64,000 nucleotides of DNA from Felis catus (taxonomy: Eukaryota). The translations under genes were made by a program, and so were the position numbers. Each line of letters starts with the position of its first letter. Position 1 is the first letter of the stretch. A model generated the notes under the pieces. It was not told where the DNA came from, ran no database searches, and saw only the letters and a program-made list of their open reading frames with translations. The DNA is taken from the NCBI RefSeq assembly GCF_018350175.1, contig NC_058383.1, positions 38,688,001 to 38,752,000 of the forward strand, in the 5' to 3' direction. Positions 62,801 to 64,000 of this stretch are shown piece after piece.

Positions 62801-64000
62801 CAGTCACATCTTTAATAAGTATTTTCTGTGCACTTGCTATGTGCTAGGCAAATACTCCTTTCTCCAAAGCGTCGGGGGTGAGACACTAGAGCCCAAGGCT
62901 CAAGCCAGGGCCTTATTTCCAAAGCGGAGGGGCCCTTCTAGTGCCCTCAGAGCCCTCAGGGGGACAGTGGGGTTGGCAGCCAGGAGGCTCTGGGCTCTGC
63001 AGAGCTGTGCTGAGGGTGCGGCCTAAGGCCACGGGCTGCCCTGTCGTTGGTTGGCCTCCAGAGGACCCCCCGCCCCCCACCCCCCCATCGCCACCACTGG
63101 TACCTCTGGCTTTTGGTCCTTGAACCAGGCAGTCCTACTCGATGTGGACACCAGGGAGCAAACACCTGAGGCAGGTGTTGCACGGTGGGATTGCATTCTA
63201 GAAAAGCCCTTGGCTGTCACGGGGATGGGTTGCAAACAGGCGACGCTGGAGGCTGCCGTGGTCCTGCAGGCAAGCGGCCGGGGTTCTCAGTGACTCAGCG
63301 GGCTTGGAACGAGGCTGTCCGTCAACGCGAGGACCAGCTAGAGAGCCGTCTGGACTCTACGAGTGCCTTACCTGGGGCTGAGGGGTGAACGCGTCCCTCC
63401 AACAGTCACATGCTGAAACCCGATGACAGGTGATGGTACGAGGGGGGGGAGCGTAGCCTCACGACGGACCGGCGCCCTCTGAGGCCGGCGGGTTAGCTAG
63501 TCAGCCCCCACCCCAGCCCGTGTGAGGACACAGCAAGGTCACACTCTGATCTCCGGCCTCTCGCCTCCAGGACCTCGAGGAACAAATGTTGATTGCTCGG
63601 TATTTGTTATGGCGGCCTGCGTGGCCCAGTCGCCTGGATGCCTCAGAACCTCCCAGCGCCAGAGAGAGGAACCGCATGGGGCTTGGCGCGTAGCGACAGA
63701 AACAAGAAGAGTGAATGATGCTAAGGGATCTGGGGTTTCCCTTCAAGGGGACGAATACTCTGGAATTAGACTGGTGAATATACTAGGAGCCACTGAGTCA
63801 TACACGTTGAGGGGGTGAATTGCAGGGTGCGTGGGCAGGGTGCCACTGGTGGGCAGGACATAGGGACGGGGACATCGAGGACAGCTCCGGGTTTCTCCTT
63901 GTGGGGTGGAACCATCCGATGAGGGGGACAACAGCTCCCCTCTGCTGCCTGTGCCTGGTGCTCACGGGTTACCCAGGGCCATGGCCACGGAGGCAGCGGG

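Overview
GC-rich, gene-dense mammalian genomic DNA. Abundant tRNA-derived carnivore SINEs (Can-SINE/SINEC) point to a feliform, probably cat-family, genome. Gene order matches human 16p13.3: 3' end of BICDL2 (+), THOC6 (-), HCFC1R1 (+), TNFRSF12A (-), CLDN6 (+), CLDN9 (-), a ~26 kb interval that the ORF track does not explain, PKMYT1 (+), PAQR4 (-), KREMEN2 (-). Reading splice sites by hand in that interval gives two results. (1) A minus-strand gene of about 37 mostly tiny (mostly 21-60 nt) exons, every internal one symmetric and phase 1, encoding a ~538-aa secreted Gly/Pro/Asn/Lys-rich protein (GREP1 orthologue). Its exon architecture, KPxKP motifs and C-terminal CSLGKC end closely resemble tropoelastin, and decayed exon copies lie between the intact exons. 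(2) A CpG island behind three CCAAT boxes carrying a codon-biased, ATG-less, ~210-codon Pro/Leu-rich ORF with SH3- and WW-ligand motifs. CLDN6 and CLDN9 show signs of gene conversion, with matching 140-N gaps. All exon coordinates were read by eye and may be off by a few bases. Gene names come from recalled orthologue sequences, not from a database search.
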